Shown here one piece after another: positions 12,250 to 24,874 of a DNA stretch of 63,647 nt. Both the position numbers and the translations under genes were made by a program. The notes beneath the pieces were generated by a model. That model was not told the origin of the DNA, did no database searches, and worked only from the letters and a program-made list of their open reading frames with translations. How positions within the stretch are numbered: the stretch's first letter is position 1; each line of letters opens with the position of its first letter. The DNA comes from Octopus bimaculoides (Eukaryota): assembly GCF_001194135.2 (NCBI RefSeq), contig NC_068999.1:48559145-48622791 (forward strand), given 5' to 3'.

Positions 12250-12900
12250 TAGAACCTCTAAACCACTTTGTAGCATGTTTATTTCCTTCCTTCATCTAAG
12301 CTGTCACCACACGAAACTGAATACAGTTCTAACCACCTGCTCCATACAACAACTCTTTTTGTTTTATTGCTCACTTAGGATCTGTTCTTTGTTACCTGCC
12401 TTGGTCTTTCTCTCACATCTATCTATTATATATCCATAATGAATAATTTTCTTGCTTCCCTTTCCAGTTCACCAATCACTGTTCTGCTTGCCTTCTTTAG
12501 TCCAACTCCTGCCGAATAGGACACATTGGATCCAGCTACAATCCACGACAATCCAGTGGATCTAACTACAATATGAGCTTAACTGGAAGCACCATATACT
12601 ACCATGCCTCATACGATTCTGTAATTTATTTATAATTTAGGCCCTTCTTTCGCGTGTCTATTTCATATCGCCTTTCCAATGCACCGCCAATTCAACACTC
12701 AGGTTTTAAGACAGATCTGGGCATTGTCTCGTTATTGCAATATGGCTTAAGAAACCATGCGCTTTCTCCAGATAAACTTGCACGTTCTAGTCATTATCAC
12801 TATGCAGAAGAGCTTGTTATCACATTGCTGTTCCTTCTCCCTACTCTTGGAGTGGCCATAATAGCCTCATTAACACCACATCATCGACTTCTCTGCAAAA
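12250..12900 (-). mobile_element. Decayed Hero/NeSL-like RLE non-LTR retrotransposon 3' fragment
   Basis: Frameshifted peptides CPDL..., ELAVHWKGDMK*TRERR, IWCF/PV, DCRG(F)VAGS and VGLKKASRTVIGELEREARK resemble ELTVPWE..HERK / WCFPVEVGCRGF / EEAEKAS of Hero elements. Confidence 0.55.
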
Positions 12901-13432
12901 CCGGAATTGTCAACGACAGTTAGTCCTTGTCTCAATTTTATTTCATCCTTCGAAAATTACACGTTAGTGTTCATTATGGAACTGACCAGGAGACGTTAGT
13001 TCCCTGGTGACAGCCATCATTCCCATGATGTCACAAAGAAAGATTTGTATTTATATTTAGCTTTATTTTTATTTGTCAAGAAAAACAGCAACACCAGCAA
13101 TAGACTTATAAAGCCGTGTTTCAACATAGCGTATCGAGGAGGCATTAAGAAATCCGTGGTGAATGCAATTATTTTTCATGTTTTGACACATTTAGTGTTC
13201 AATTCTCATGGTTCCGAGTTCAAATCTAACTTGGGGTTTAACTTAGCCTTTCACTCTTTGGGATCGATAAAATAACAGCTATTAATACACTGGGATTGAA
13301 TTGATCAATGCATGTATCTCTCCCTTACAGGAAAAAAATATATCAACCTTGTGCCCTGTCAAAAGTAATCAATAGCTACATATGGGATAGCGGAGGGGAG
13401 CATATATAGACGAGAGAAAGGTAATCCGGGGG

Positions 13433-13510
<78 letters not shown>

Positions 13511-14024
13511 AGAGAGAGAGAGAGAGAGAAAGAGAGAGGCGAAGGAAGGAAGACAAAGTGAATTACACAAATATATGAGAGAAAGAACGTGATAATGAGG
13601 TAGTGAGAGACAGAGAAAAAGATGGCAAGAGAAGGAGAGAGAAAGAGTGAGCATGGGGAGAGGGTATAAGAACCAGCGGAAGAGAGAGAGAGATAGATAG
13701 ATAGATAGATAAAGAAAAAGACAGACAGACAAAAAGACAAATAGGCAGACAGATAGATAGATTGATAGATGATAGACGGAGGGAGAGAGAGAATGTGTGT
13801 GTATATGTGCGTGTGTGCATCTGTTTGCGTATGTGCATGCGTGTGTGCGTGAGAGAGAGAGAGAGAGAAAGGAAGACTGAGAGAGAGAGAGAGAGAATGA
13901 AGAGTGAAGACAACAGGAGAAGAAGAAAATAGAGACGACAAGGAGAGAAAAGACAGAAGAGAAAAGCTCGATGTAAAAAGCGTGAGATGTGGAGGTTATA
14001 CTACGACAGACATATATATCCGGG

Positions 14025-14110
14025 AGAGTTTGTGACGTCAATCCGAGAACCGCCCAATAACGACGCCTAGATTTGCCAGATAAAAAAGCAGCTGGGCGGG
14101 CTGCAAACAA
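14025..14110. promoter_or_regulatory. Candidate promoter-like motif cluster
   Basis: TGACGTCA (14033-14040), CCAAT (14054-14058) and GGGCGGG (~14094-14100) in unique CpG-containing sequence between repeat blocks. Confidence 0.25.
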
Positions 14111-14977
14111 GATATGTGTTGTTTGCACGAGACTCAATCGATTTGTAAAAGCACCAGCGTGAATAGTGTAGTTATGGATTCTGCATCAACACGTTGGTGA
14201 CGGTGACGATGATGATGATGACGATGGCGACGATGACGATGATGATGATGACGATGATGATGTTGATTGGTATTGTTGATGGGAATGATAATGATGATGC
14301 ACATGACCATAATTTGTCGTCGTCGTCGTCGTCATTATCATAATTATCACGATCATCATCATCGTCATCATCATCGTCATCACTGCTGTTGTTGCTTGCG
14401 TCACTGTCGCTCTTGCGGTCATCGTCGTCATCGTCATAGCCTTTGTCGTCGTCGTCGTCGCCTCCGCCGTCGTCACTGGCTCTATAGCAACGCTGACCGA
14501 AGCATTAGTGTAAACAGCAGCAACTGTTGAACAGACAGCAAGCAACAACAACAACAGCAACAACAACAGTAGCAAAACAGCAGCAGCAGCAATATTTGCA
14601 GCAAAATTTATGATTACAGCAGCGGCAAAGACCCAAAACAACAACAACAACAACAACAAACAACATACGTAATAACAACAGCCACATCAGCAGCAAAAAG
14701 AGCAGAAATGCAGCGACAGAACTAACAGCTGCATGCACATCAGCTGCATCAACAGAGCAACTGACGTTGCAACGTGTGCAAGAACATCAGCAGCGCTGAT
14801 AACAATAGCTACCAGCAGCAAAAATTAATCGCGGACAACAGCAACAAAAGCAACAGCGTTAGCAACAAAGACAGTGTGCAACAGGATGCAGCGGGGTGTA
14901 TCAGGGTGCAACCGGGTGCAACAGTTGCAAATACGACAACAAGAACAAAAAAGACAGCAACAACAAGAATAACGATA

Positions 14978-15445
14978 ATCCTTTCTACCAAAGGCACAAG
15001 TCCTGTAATTTTGGGGGAGAGGATAAATCGATTACATCGACCCCAGTGCGTGACTGGTATTTATGTTATCGACCCTATAGGAAGAAAAGTAAAGTCGACC
15101 TCAGTGGAATTTGAACTCAGAACGTAAAGACGGACGAAATGCCGCTTAGCATTTCGTCCGGCGTGCTAGTGATTCTGCCAGCTCGCCACCTTCAAGAATA
15201 ACAACAATAAAAACAACAACAACAACAATAGCAACAATTCCTTCGACTATAAACACCAGGGTTGGAATTTGGTGGGAGGAGTGATGAAATTAAGTGCCAG
15301 GGCTTCACTTGGTTTCTTATTTTGTCACCCCTGAAAGGGCGAAAAACTAAGTTGGCCTCTGCGGCATTTGAACTCGCAGCGTAAAGAACCGGAAAAAATA
15401 GCGCTTAGTATTTTGTCCGGCGCGGTAACGTTTCCGCTAGTTTGC
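14978..15445 (-). mobile_element. Two tandem SINE A copies (second degraded)
   Basis: Reverse-complement family A motifs at 14978-15192 and ~15238-15445. Confidence 0.8.
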
Positions 15446-17289
15446 TGCTTTAGCAACGATGACGACGACGATAGAACTATCAACCAGTTTAATCACAGCA
15501 ACAATAGCAACAGCAGCAGCAACAAATGCATTGCATCATGTTCTAACGTCGTTAGCAACAGTAATATAAATGTGTTCCTAGGGTACGTTAAGGTCCGAGG
15601 AGTAGAGATTGGCTGATGATGATGGTGGGTGGGGGACTAGACACTAGAAGCCAACCCATTCTGAGAGCTAAAAACGGAACGCCGTACTCTTGGTTCCCTT
15701 TTCGCCTATTTCTATCACATGAATTAGCAACAAAAATAACTGGAGTTGCAACAATAACCATAACACTCGCAACTGTAGCAACAATTAGAATAAATGCAGA
15801 AAAAGCAGAATATGAATGCAACAACAACAGTAACAACATCGAAAATTAACAGTGAAAAATAACGTTAGCAACGACGACAACAGCAACTACTACTACTACT
15901 ACTACTACTACCACTGTTGCTGCTAAGGCTGCTACAACTACTACGGCAACATTGACAACAACAAATACAACGATAAGCAACATTCGCACCAGCTAAGTTA
16001 ATAGCAACAAAGACGCAAGCTCCTCTCCCACCCTCGCCCCAGCATCAGCAACCACGACAACAATAATAACTACAGTAACAGTAGCAACAAAAATAGGTGT
16101 TAGCAACAGCAATTACAATAATAGCAAACATAACTGCAGTTGCAAAGACAGCAGTAGCAGCAGCAGCAGTAACAGTAGTAGTAGTAGTAACTACAGCAGC
16201 AAAAAGAGCAGAACCGATAGCAACAACAACAGCGAGAAATACTTAACGTGGCTGACCGTCTTGCAAGAAATAATAGCCATCAGGCCTCCCTCGACTATCA
16301 CCCCTCACCTCACCGTCATAGATAAAGAAATAACACATAGGATAGTGAAAGGCAGCTCTGAAAGACGGAGTGGTCACGGACGGAAGACTAATCACGAGTC
16401 TGCTTGATCAGTGGTGATCTGGGACTAAACAGCAGCAGTCATACTTATAAAAAAAATACGTGATGACCGACGCAATGTTTGTTGTAAATGCACTATCAAC
16501 AACAACATCAACAACAACGAATTAGCTACAATAACAACATTCTACTATAACCCTGAGATGATCAATACCTTGTGAGTTGATTTGCTAGACGGAAACAAAA
16601 TAAAACCACCGTGAGTATACGTGTATATGCTTATGTGTCTTTGTGTTTGTGTAACAGATTAACAGAAGGTGCTATATGGGATAAATTTATTGAAAGAGGT
16701 GGATATACGGTTCATCCGGTACCTACACCTCTTTCTACTGCAGCTGATGATAGTAATAATGTTAAAGAAGCGGGGAGAAGCTAAAACCTTATGTTATTTA
16801 TTCAAGGGACTATAGCAGAAAATACTTGCCCAAGGTACGACACAGTGAGATTGAACCTGAAACATTGTGGTTTAACAGACAGCCATGTTTAAAAAAATGG
16901 ATTGATGGTCATTATTGAGACGTCTTTGAATACATGTCTGCTCAGTAACTGCCTCAAGTTGCTTCAGTATAATATCAAGATGGAATAAAAATGACAGCAA
17001 CAACCAGCGGCCTTCTGAAGTCAGTATAACAAGTATCTGTTATATTCGGGGGTTAAATTTAGTTTCCTTTACACTCACAAACATGTGCCATCAATAAAGC
17101 TGCAACAGCATTGTCATTAACTACAAGAACAGCAGAATGAAACGGTGGCAACAGCAACAGCAGCAATAATATTAAAATTCCGACGTGTATAAAATTTATA
17201 ATGTATACACAAACGTCGAACAGCTTTAATGTTTTGTCTCAGAGAAAATTTCTCAACGAAATTTGTGGGTTAAAACACAAAGATTCACT

Positions 17290-17522
17290 CAGAACGCAGT
17301 GGATCACCAAACACTTAGTATCGACCTGATTTGGTCTCCTCAGTGATAAATATAACTCAACTGGTTACGGCCAAGCAGCTGACAAGCAAATCTGTGGTAT
17401 TGAGCAGAATACTTACTGTAGCCCATCTTTTTATACTAAGACAAAACATATACATGTTAACATTTCTGATCACTTAAGACCAAAAGCCATGAGAGTAACT
17501 ACCTGGTAATGCATCAGGGCAT
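17290..17522 (-). mobile_element. Probable SINE-like interspersed repeat fragment
   Basis: Non-simple sequence ending at a (ATT)n boundary, recalled as a common octopus repeat; no second copy in the window. Confidence 0.4.
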
Positions 17523-17538
17523 TATTATTATCCTTATT

Positions 17539-17658
17539 GCTTACGGCCATATCACATTGAAAGAATCGGTTCTCGTCCGATCACCGAAGTTAAGTAACGT
17601 CGTGCCTAGTGAGTTCTTAGATGGGTGACCGCTTGGGAAACCTAGGTGCTGTAAGCAT
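17539..17658 (+). pseudogene. Full-length solitary 5S rRNA copy, probably a pseudogene
   Basis: 120 nt GCTTACGGCCATATCAC...GGTGCTGTAAGCA matches the metazoan/mollusc 5S pattern. The ends pair (helix I) and box A and box C are recognisable. Helix II has a mismatch, only T3 follows, and there is no tandem array. Confidence 0.85.
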
Positions 17659-17667
17659 TTCACACTA

Positions 17668-17980
17668 AAGGCGGCGAACTGGCAGAAACACTGGGGTCGA
17701 TGTAATCGACACATCTCCTTCTCCAAAATGGCTGCCCTTGTGACAAAATTCGAAACTATTATTATTATTGCAGCGAGCAGGCAGAATCGTTAGCACGCTA
17801 GGCATAATGCTTAGCGGCATTTTGCCCGTCCTTACGTTCTGAGTTCAAATTCCGCCGAGGTCGATTTTATCTTTCCTCTTTTCGGGATCGATAAATTAAG
17901 TACCAGTGAAACAGTGGGGTTGATGTAATGAACTAGTCTCCTCTCCCAATTTCAGGCCTTGTATCTATAGTAGAAAGAAT
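17668..17980 (+). mobile_element. Two tandem SINE A copies (first internally deleted)
   Basis: Heads at 17668 and ~17770. Confidence 0.85.
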
Positions 17981-18265
17981 TATTATCATCATTATTATCC
18001 GCGATGCGTGCAGAGCGATGAAACCGTCTTGAACGCGCAAGATACCGATAGAATAAGTACTAAGTATACAAAGAATAAGTCCTGGGATCGATTTGCTCGA
18101 CTAAAGGCGGTGCTCCAGCATGGAGAAAGAAATAAAAGAAAACTACATACATACAACTCGTGAGCCTGGGGCTTTCATCCTAACCTCCCTACCTCCTTCC
18201 TCTTTCCAGTCTTGTCTAACCTGCATTTACATATACATACATAAGTAAATACATACATACGTACG

Positions 18266-18305
<40 letters not shown>

Positions 18306-18797
18306 TATACATAGGCAAACAGCTGATAGGACACCTGTAGGCAAGTAGTTTTGGTAGCGTTGGTAGCGGTAGGGATGGGGAATAAAAACTGACTGAGTGA
18401 ATATTGGAGTGATGAGTGTTGGGGTGGGAAGACATAGGGAAGAAGAGAAATAAGGAGGAAGAAGAGGGGGGAGATACAGATGAAGAAGGAGGAGGAAGAG
18501 GAGAAGAAGGAGGGTTTGTATGAAAGGAGTCGGAAATTGAAAGTGAAAGTTGAGTGATCAGGAAAAAAAATGAGACGTCAAGAGAGTGAGTAATAGCATG
18601 TGTGTGTGTTGTGTAAGAGAGACTGTGTGTGTATATGTGTGTAAAAGGGAGAAAGAGAGAGATAGAGAGACACAGAGACAGGGACACAGCTGAGAGACAG
18701 CCAGACAACAGAGAAGTCTTGTGTGAATGCGTATGCATACGAGAAAATCAAGGTGAAAAAGTAAATAAAAACAAAGACAATATTTTAGAGAAAATCT

Positions 18798-18828
<31 letters not shown>

Positions 18829-19307
18829 GCATGCATGTATTATGTATATATGTACTGGAGAGGTGCAGAGACAGCGAGAGAAAGGTGGAGGGAGGGAGGA
18901 AGAAAGAAAAAGATAGAGATACAAGGAGAGAAACAGAAAATGTGCACATATTTTCATATATCCGTATATATGTATGCATATGTGCGTGTTTAAATATGCA
19001 TGTGCACATATTTATGCATATATACATATATATATACGCAAACACACACATATATATGTATATATATATATGCATACTCAAGCATATATGTGTGCGCGCG
19101 TGCGAGTGTATACATACATAATACACACACACACACACACATGTATGTATATATATACGACGGGCTTCTTTCAGTTTCCGTCTACCAAATCCACTCACAA
19201 GGCTCTCGTCGGCCCGAGGCTATAGTAGATACTTGCTCAAGGTGCCACGCAGTGGGACTGAACCCGGAATCATGTGGTTGGTAAGCAAAGTACTTACCAC
19301 ACACACA

Positions 19308-19353
<46 letters not shown>

Positions 19354-19707
19354 GTTGTGTGTATACGTATATATATATATATTCATATACAGGTATATAT
19401 GTGCATATATACTTACACACATACGTACTTACTATCACACGGTGTGTCGCGCGCTGATTTCGTGTCGAAGATTACGTTAAGGGTACATGTGACTCTGTAA
19501 CACCGAACCGGTTGCACGCAAATTCAGTGAGTAGGTACTTCAGAGTTGATCGAACAACTCGAAAACGCATTGTCGAAACGGACAGATTCATTTACACACA
19601 CACACACACATATATATATAGCTGTATATATGCATTATATAATTATATATAACCAGAGACAGGCAGGCAGGCAGACAGACAGACAGATAGATAGATAGAT
19701 CGACAGA

Positions 19708-19743
<36 letters not shown>

Positions 19744-19756
19744 TAGACAGACAGAC

Positions 19757-19807
<51 letters not shown>

Positions 19808-20229
19808 CAGACAGGCAGACAGACAGACAGATAGGTAGATAGATGGATAGATAGATAGATAGATAGATTCATCTGAGAGCATAAGCATTATTTTAGAGGT
19901 AACATCTTTTTTTTTTTTTTCTCTTTTGGCCGGTAACGATATCCAACATCTCGAAAAGATAACGAAACTAAGCAGATACTTTACGCAACAGTTTTCCCCG
20001 AGGATGCGACAGAGGTATAGCTAACCAAACAAAAGCAACTTAAACGCAGGATTCCCTTCCATGAAAAGATTTACCTGCGACACCACGTGATCACTGCTAT
20101 ACTAATCACGTGCTTTGAGTAATGCAACATAAAGTGAAGAATTATATTGTACTGGATTTTCTGTAGAGGATTCCGTAAGCTCACTTTTAACTGGAACATA
20201 TCGATATTGACTGAAATAGCGAAGCATTT

Positions 20230-20285
<56 letters not shown>

Positions 20286-21329
20286 CTGTGTTCGACTCTT
20301 TTAAGTATATGTGTGTATATAGTTAGTTACCGCGCAAGCGTACAGCTACGCGGATTAGTAACACGCTTGCTATAAAACTATTCAGCTTGATGGGATGATG
20401 GCATGTTCTTTCGCTTTGCCCGAGCGCGTATGTATGTATGTATGCATGCATGTATGTGTGTGTGTGTATGCATGTATGTTGAATTGCTCGTTCTTGTGCA
20501 TTTGCGTGTGGATGGGGATATATATGTGTGTACTCAGAGTCATACACATGAAATACATATACATAAGTACAAGCAAATATGTATCTATGCGCATACACGT
20601 GCTTGTGAATATGTACGCATGTGTGTGTGCATATACGCGCGCGCGCGCACATATTTCCTCAAGGCCTGGGGCTACATAAGTATGTGTATACTTCCTTATG
20701 ACTATGTGTGTGTGTATGTGTATATGCGTGTGTGTGTGTATATATACCTATATATATATATGTATATATATTTATATATCATAAACATATATGAATGCAT
20801 GTACGTGTGCCTTTAGTATATATGCATGTACACATACACAGACACGTACACACACATACATGTACACTCACACACATATATTGATATGGACATATAAACA
20901 TGCATACAGACACACACACATATATATATATATGTATGTATGTATATATAAATGAATGTTTTAAATGTTTTTTTTAAGGTCAAACAATGCAAGTTATGAA
21001 AATTAATGATACAATTCTATGATTTGTACTGTAACCTCGTACTTCAATATTTCGAGTCTGGAGCCCTTTCTTCATGAAATTTCCTGAGCATTACTGAAGA
21101 AGGAGCCCTGGTCCCGAAATACTGAAATACTAGTTAACAGTACTAACCATTAATTTTTATAACTCGCATTGTTTTGACTTTAAAAAAAATACTTAGAACA
21201 TTTATCAGGTGGTGCTAACAAATCTTTGAACGTTGCATGGATTGGCAACCACAAGGCTTTTGATGTCGTTCTCCACAAGTAAATCGTGGAAACACAAACC
21301 TTGAGTAATTTCGTACCCAGTAATAAGCA

Positions 21330-21445
21330 GATATGTTTGACCTGTCAAGAATAGCTGGCAAACAATCATGAAGATATAAACAAGAAGGAATTATAAAAAT
21401 CAGTCCCATCTCTGTTAGAAGTACATTCCAATGTGTCTCTCACTT

Positions 21446-21490
<45 letters not shown>

Positions 21491-23600
21491 ACTTCTTTTC
21501 TCTCTGTCACTGACACTTTTAAACATTTTAAACCAGATTGAACTCGGATTCATTGATTCTGGAGGACACTCAACCATCCTCAGTATATGTAAGTTCCAAA
21601 TGATAAGCAATTAGAAACACTTCCACAGACAGTACACAGACTTACTAGAGAAATTCAGCCCCATCTCTGTTAGAAGTATATTCCAATGTGACTTTCTTTC
21701 TTTCTTTCCCTTCATTTATTTTCTCTCTGTCACTGACACTTTTAAATATTATGAACCAGATTGAACTCGGATTCACGGATACTAGAGGACACTCATCCAT
21801 CTTCAGTATATGTAAGCTGAAAAATGATAAACAATTAGAAACTCTGCCACAGATAGTACACAGACTTACAAGAGAAATTTATATGAGATTTGGATTAGAA
21901 AATGCTCCAAAATAATCTTGAAAAAGAGGAAATTAATTAAGAACACTTATAAAATACTGATAAAAATACAGTGATTAAAGAATTAGACCAGACACCGACT
22001 TACATATACTAAGGAATCAATAAACAAGACAGAATACAGTTAAGAGAAAACATTTGAATGAAATATTATAGGCGCATAAGATTAATGCTTAATCTAATGG
22101 GGAAAATAGGCAGAGTTAAATACAAAAATAGGAATCAGTGCTCTGGTTGTCTCAGTTATAAATTTTAGTTATAATATTCTAAACTGGATGCTAAATTAAT
22201 TAGCAAGAAAAATTAATTTATCGTCCAATAAAAGTAAATACGATAGTATCTGCGTTTGGAATACATCCAAAATCTGAAATATAAAGATTATATTTACCAT
22301 GGACACGGAGATGTAGAAGCCTTATGCAACTATAAAACTATTATAAAATACCCACAGTATGACTGAAAAAATGAGAAACTCATAAATTACAATAAAAAAA
22401 AAACTAACAAAAGTATCCACAAACCATGAAAAAAACCTTGTTTTTTACTGTCTCCGAGGAAACTGACAATTACAAAACTGAGGTTGAAGCGACAAATGAT
22501 TATGAAGGGAAAAAATAACAAGAAAAAAGGGAAAAGGCTATAAACTAAGCTAAAACTGGAACTATGGAATACCATGCTAAAACGATGGTATGAATGTCCC
22601 TTCATAGCCAGTATCTTAAAAATATAAAAGAAACTGAACAGAGTGGAAATAGGTCATGTAAGTTTGCAACTGAGGTTGACAAACACTGAGCTTAAACTGA
22701 GATTGAAAGATTTTTGAATGCAGCCGAAGATCAAAGCTTTCTCAACTAGAAACCACTAAAAGTATGTACTAAAACAGAATAAGTTACTTTACAATACAGT
22801 ACCGGACCAATTATCCAGCAAGCTTAGGACCGGAAGTGTCCCGGATTTCTGGATTTTCCGGTTTTCTGGACACGTTGAAAATAATGTAAAAAATAAAAAG
22901 TTAAATTGTTTTTGATAGATTCAGGTTAATACACTTCTAAAACAGGGTCTATTTGATATTTATTAATCCACTTAAAATTCATAAAATACGTATCATATAT
23001 ATAGACTATAATGTTTATAAGACGAACATTAAACGGAGGAAAGGAAAGTGAAGAATACGATTTTATTTGGCAGATACAGGTAGAAATGAAAACGATTCGA
23101 AAGTAGAGTATGTTTATTAATCTTCATCAGTCAATTTGAAAAAGTAAAGAACAAAATTGTTTTTAACCGTATGCAAATTAACCAACTTCAAAATGAGGGT
23201 CTGTTTATTCAATACAGAATACAGTATATTGTATTATATTGCACAGAATTACTGAATTTCTCAATACGGAATTCTGGAATCCGGATATGAATTCCGGTAT
23301 TGTATGCAGAATGTGGGGAAAACAATCACATTGGCAATCACTGCCCAGTCCTAGTGACAGGGAGACAGGAAAATTCGTCGGGTATTGTTTTCAGAAGAAA
23401 CGAAAAAAGGGATGTGCCGCTCCATCGAAGTATCTCTCAAAGAAATAGAGAAATTATCCAAATGTAAAGAACTGGAAATAGAGGTAACCAAAAATATGGA
23501 GACTGAAAACAGAAGCAATTTTTATTAATAATACAGGCTTTGGGGCTGGTAGGGATGATTAAAAACCAAGTGGACTAATACCTAGTCAAACCTCCAGGGC
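21330..23600 (+). mobile_element. Decayed R4/Dong-clade non-LTR retrotransposon (RT C-half to RLE), with internal duplication and nested MITE
   Basis: Remnants of RSIFQCDFLS (GIFQGDSLS), LNH..YM, KNDKQLETL...MRFGLE, YYRRIRL, HPKSEI.RLY, AAEDQS, CRM.G..HI..CPVL and KEIEKLSKCKELEIEV. Confidence 0.8.
22797..23302. mobile_element. pogo/Tigger-like MITE with TA TSD inserted in the Dong remnant
   Basis: TA|CAGTACCGGACCAATTATCCAG ... CCGGATATGAATTCCGGTATTG|TA (15/22 TIR identity). Excision restores ACAATA-TGCAGAATG (I-C-R-M). Confidence 0.6.
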
Positions 23601-24579
23601 TCACAATTACATACAACATACAGAAAATAGCACGGTCATTTCTACGACAAAATAATTCGTTAGTTTTAACTTCAAGTATATAGATGTTACATACTTTGAC
23701 TCTACGGAGAAATGAAAGACATGAAAAACTCTGGTAGCATTCGAACACAGAACTTGGGAACTAAGTACTGTTAGGTATTTAGTCTGGTTCCATACTGTTT
23801 TCTGTTATTCCCCTCCCTCCTTTGATATTCATAAAGGCTATCATTCGACCCAAATTTGACTATATCTGAAGAAATTTTCATTTTTTTTTTTAAACGACAG
23901 ATTTCTCTAAAGGCTGGTATAAGGCAATTAATTCACGTACATCGAAACATGACCACGCGATATACACTCACACACATATATAGACGCGCATACATATACA
24001 CACATGCGCACATACTTACGCATACACTTATCTATTTACGTCATTGTCCATCTATCTTTGTTTGAAATAGGTTGATGCTGTCTGATTGTCAAACCTGTTC
24101 GTCTGGATGTTTTGTCTGTTTCTCTTTCACTCAGTCTTTACTTCGTCTTCTTACGCATGCGCAATCTTTCTTATTCTTTAGAACAACATATTCGTCCATT
24201 TTAACATAAGTACCAGATTTACTTTGGCGTAAGAAGAATTGTTCTTGACCAACCGCAGTCCATTATCAATCAGACGCGGCATAATGACAACTGGTTGGCG
24301 TTCAGTTCAAGTAAAAATCTCTATTAACAATAACAATTCGCCATTATATGTGATGAAACATGCATATTGTTATTTTTTTAATTAATTCGTCAACAGCGAA
24401 AGGTAGAACTGTTTCGAATATATCTTTGTGCAAGGAATATGAATCGCTGAATAGTATTTAACTCCATTGCAATTAAAAATCGCGGTAACAAGCCAAGAAA
24501 TTATATAAGCTCATACAAAGATATAACTATGAGTGAAGGATAACCCAACGACCTGATAAATACACTTCATACATTAAAG

Positions 24580-24874
24580 CAATGGTTCTCACTCGGGATC
24601 CGTGTGACACCTGAGGGTCTATATAAGATTTTGTGGGGTCCATGCAAATATATATTTTAGATGTATGTATTGGCGTGTATTGCCGGAAACAGCTAGGTTT
24701 CTTTCTCTATCATTTTACACAGTTCACGTTAATGTGTGAAAAGCAAAATAGGAATTTTGAAAGAAGTTTCTATAAAACTAGTTTATGGGCATCGTAGGGC
24801 TATGGGGGTCCACCAGAACAAAACGATAATCAAAGGGATCCATAGATAAAAAAAAAATTGGTTGAAAACCCCTG
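24580..24874. mobile_element. hAT (Charlie/Buster-like) MITE
   Basis: TIRs CAATGGTTCTCA / TTGAAAACCCCTG; 8-bp TSD CATTAAAG / CATTGAAA (6/8) with central TA. Confidence 0.6.
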
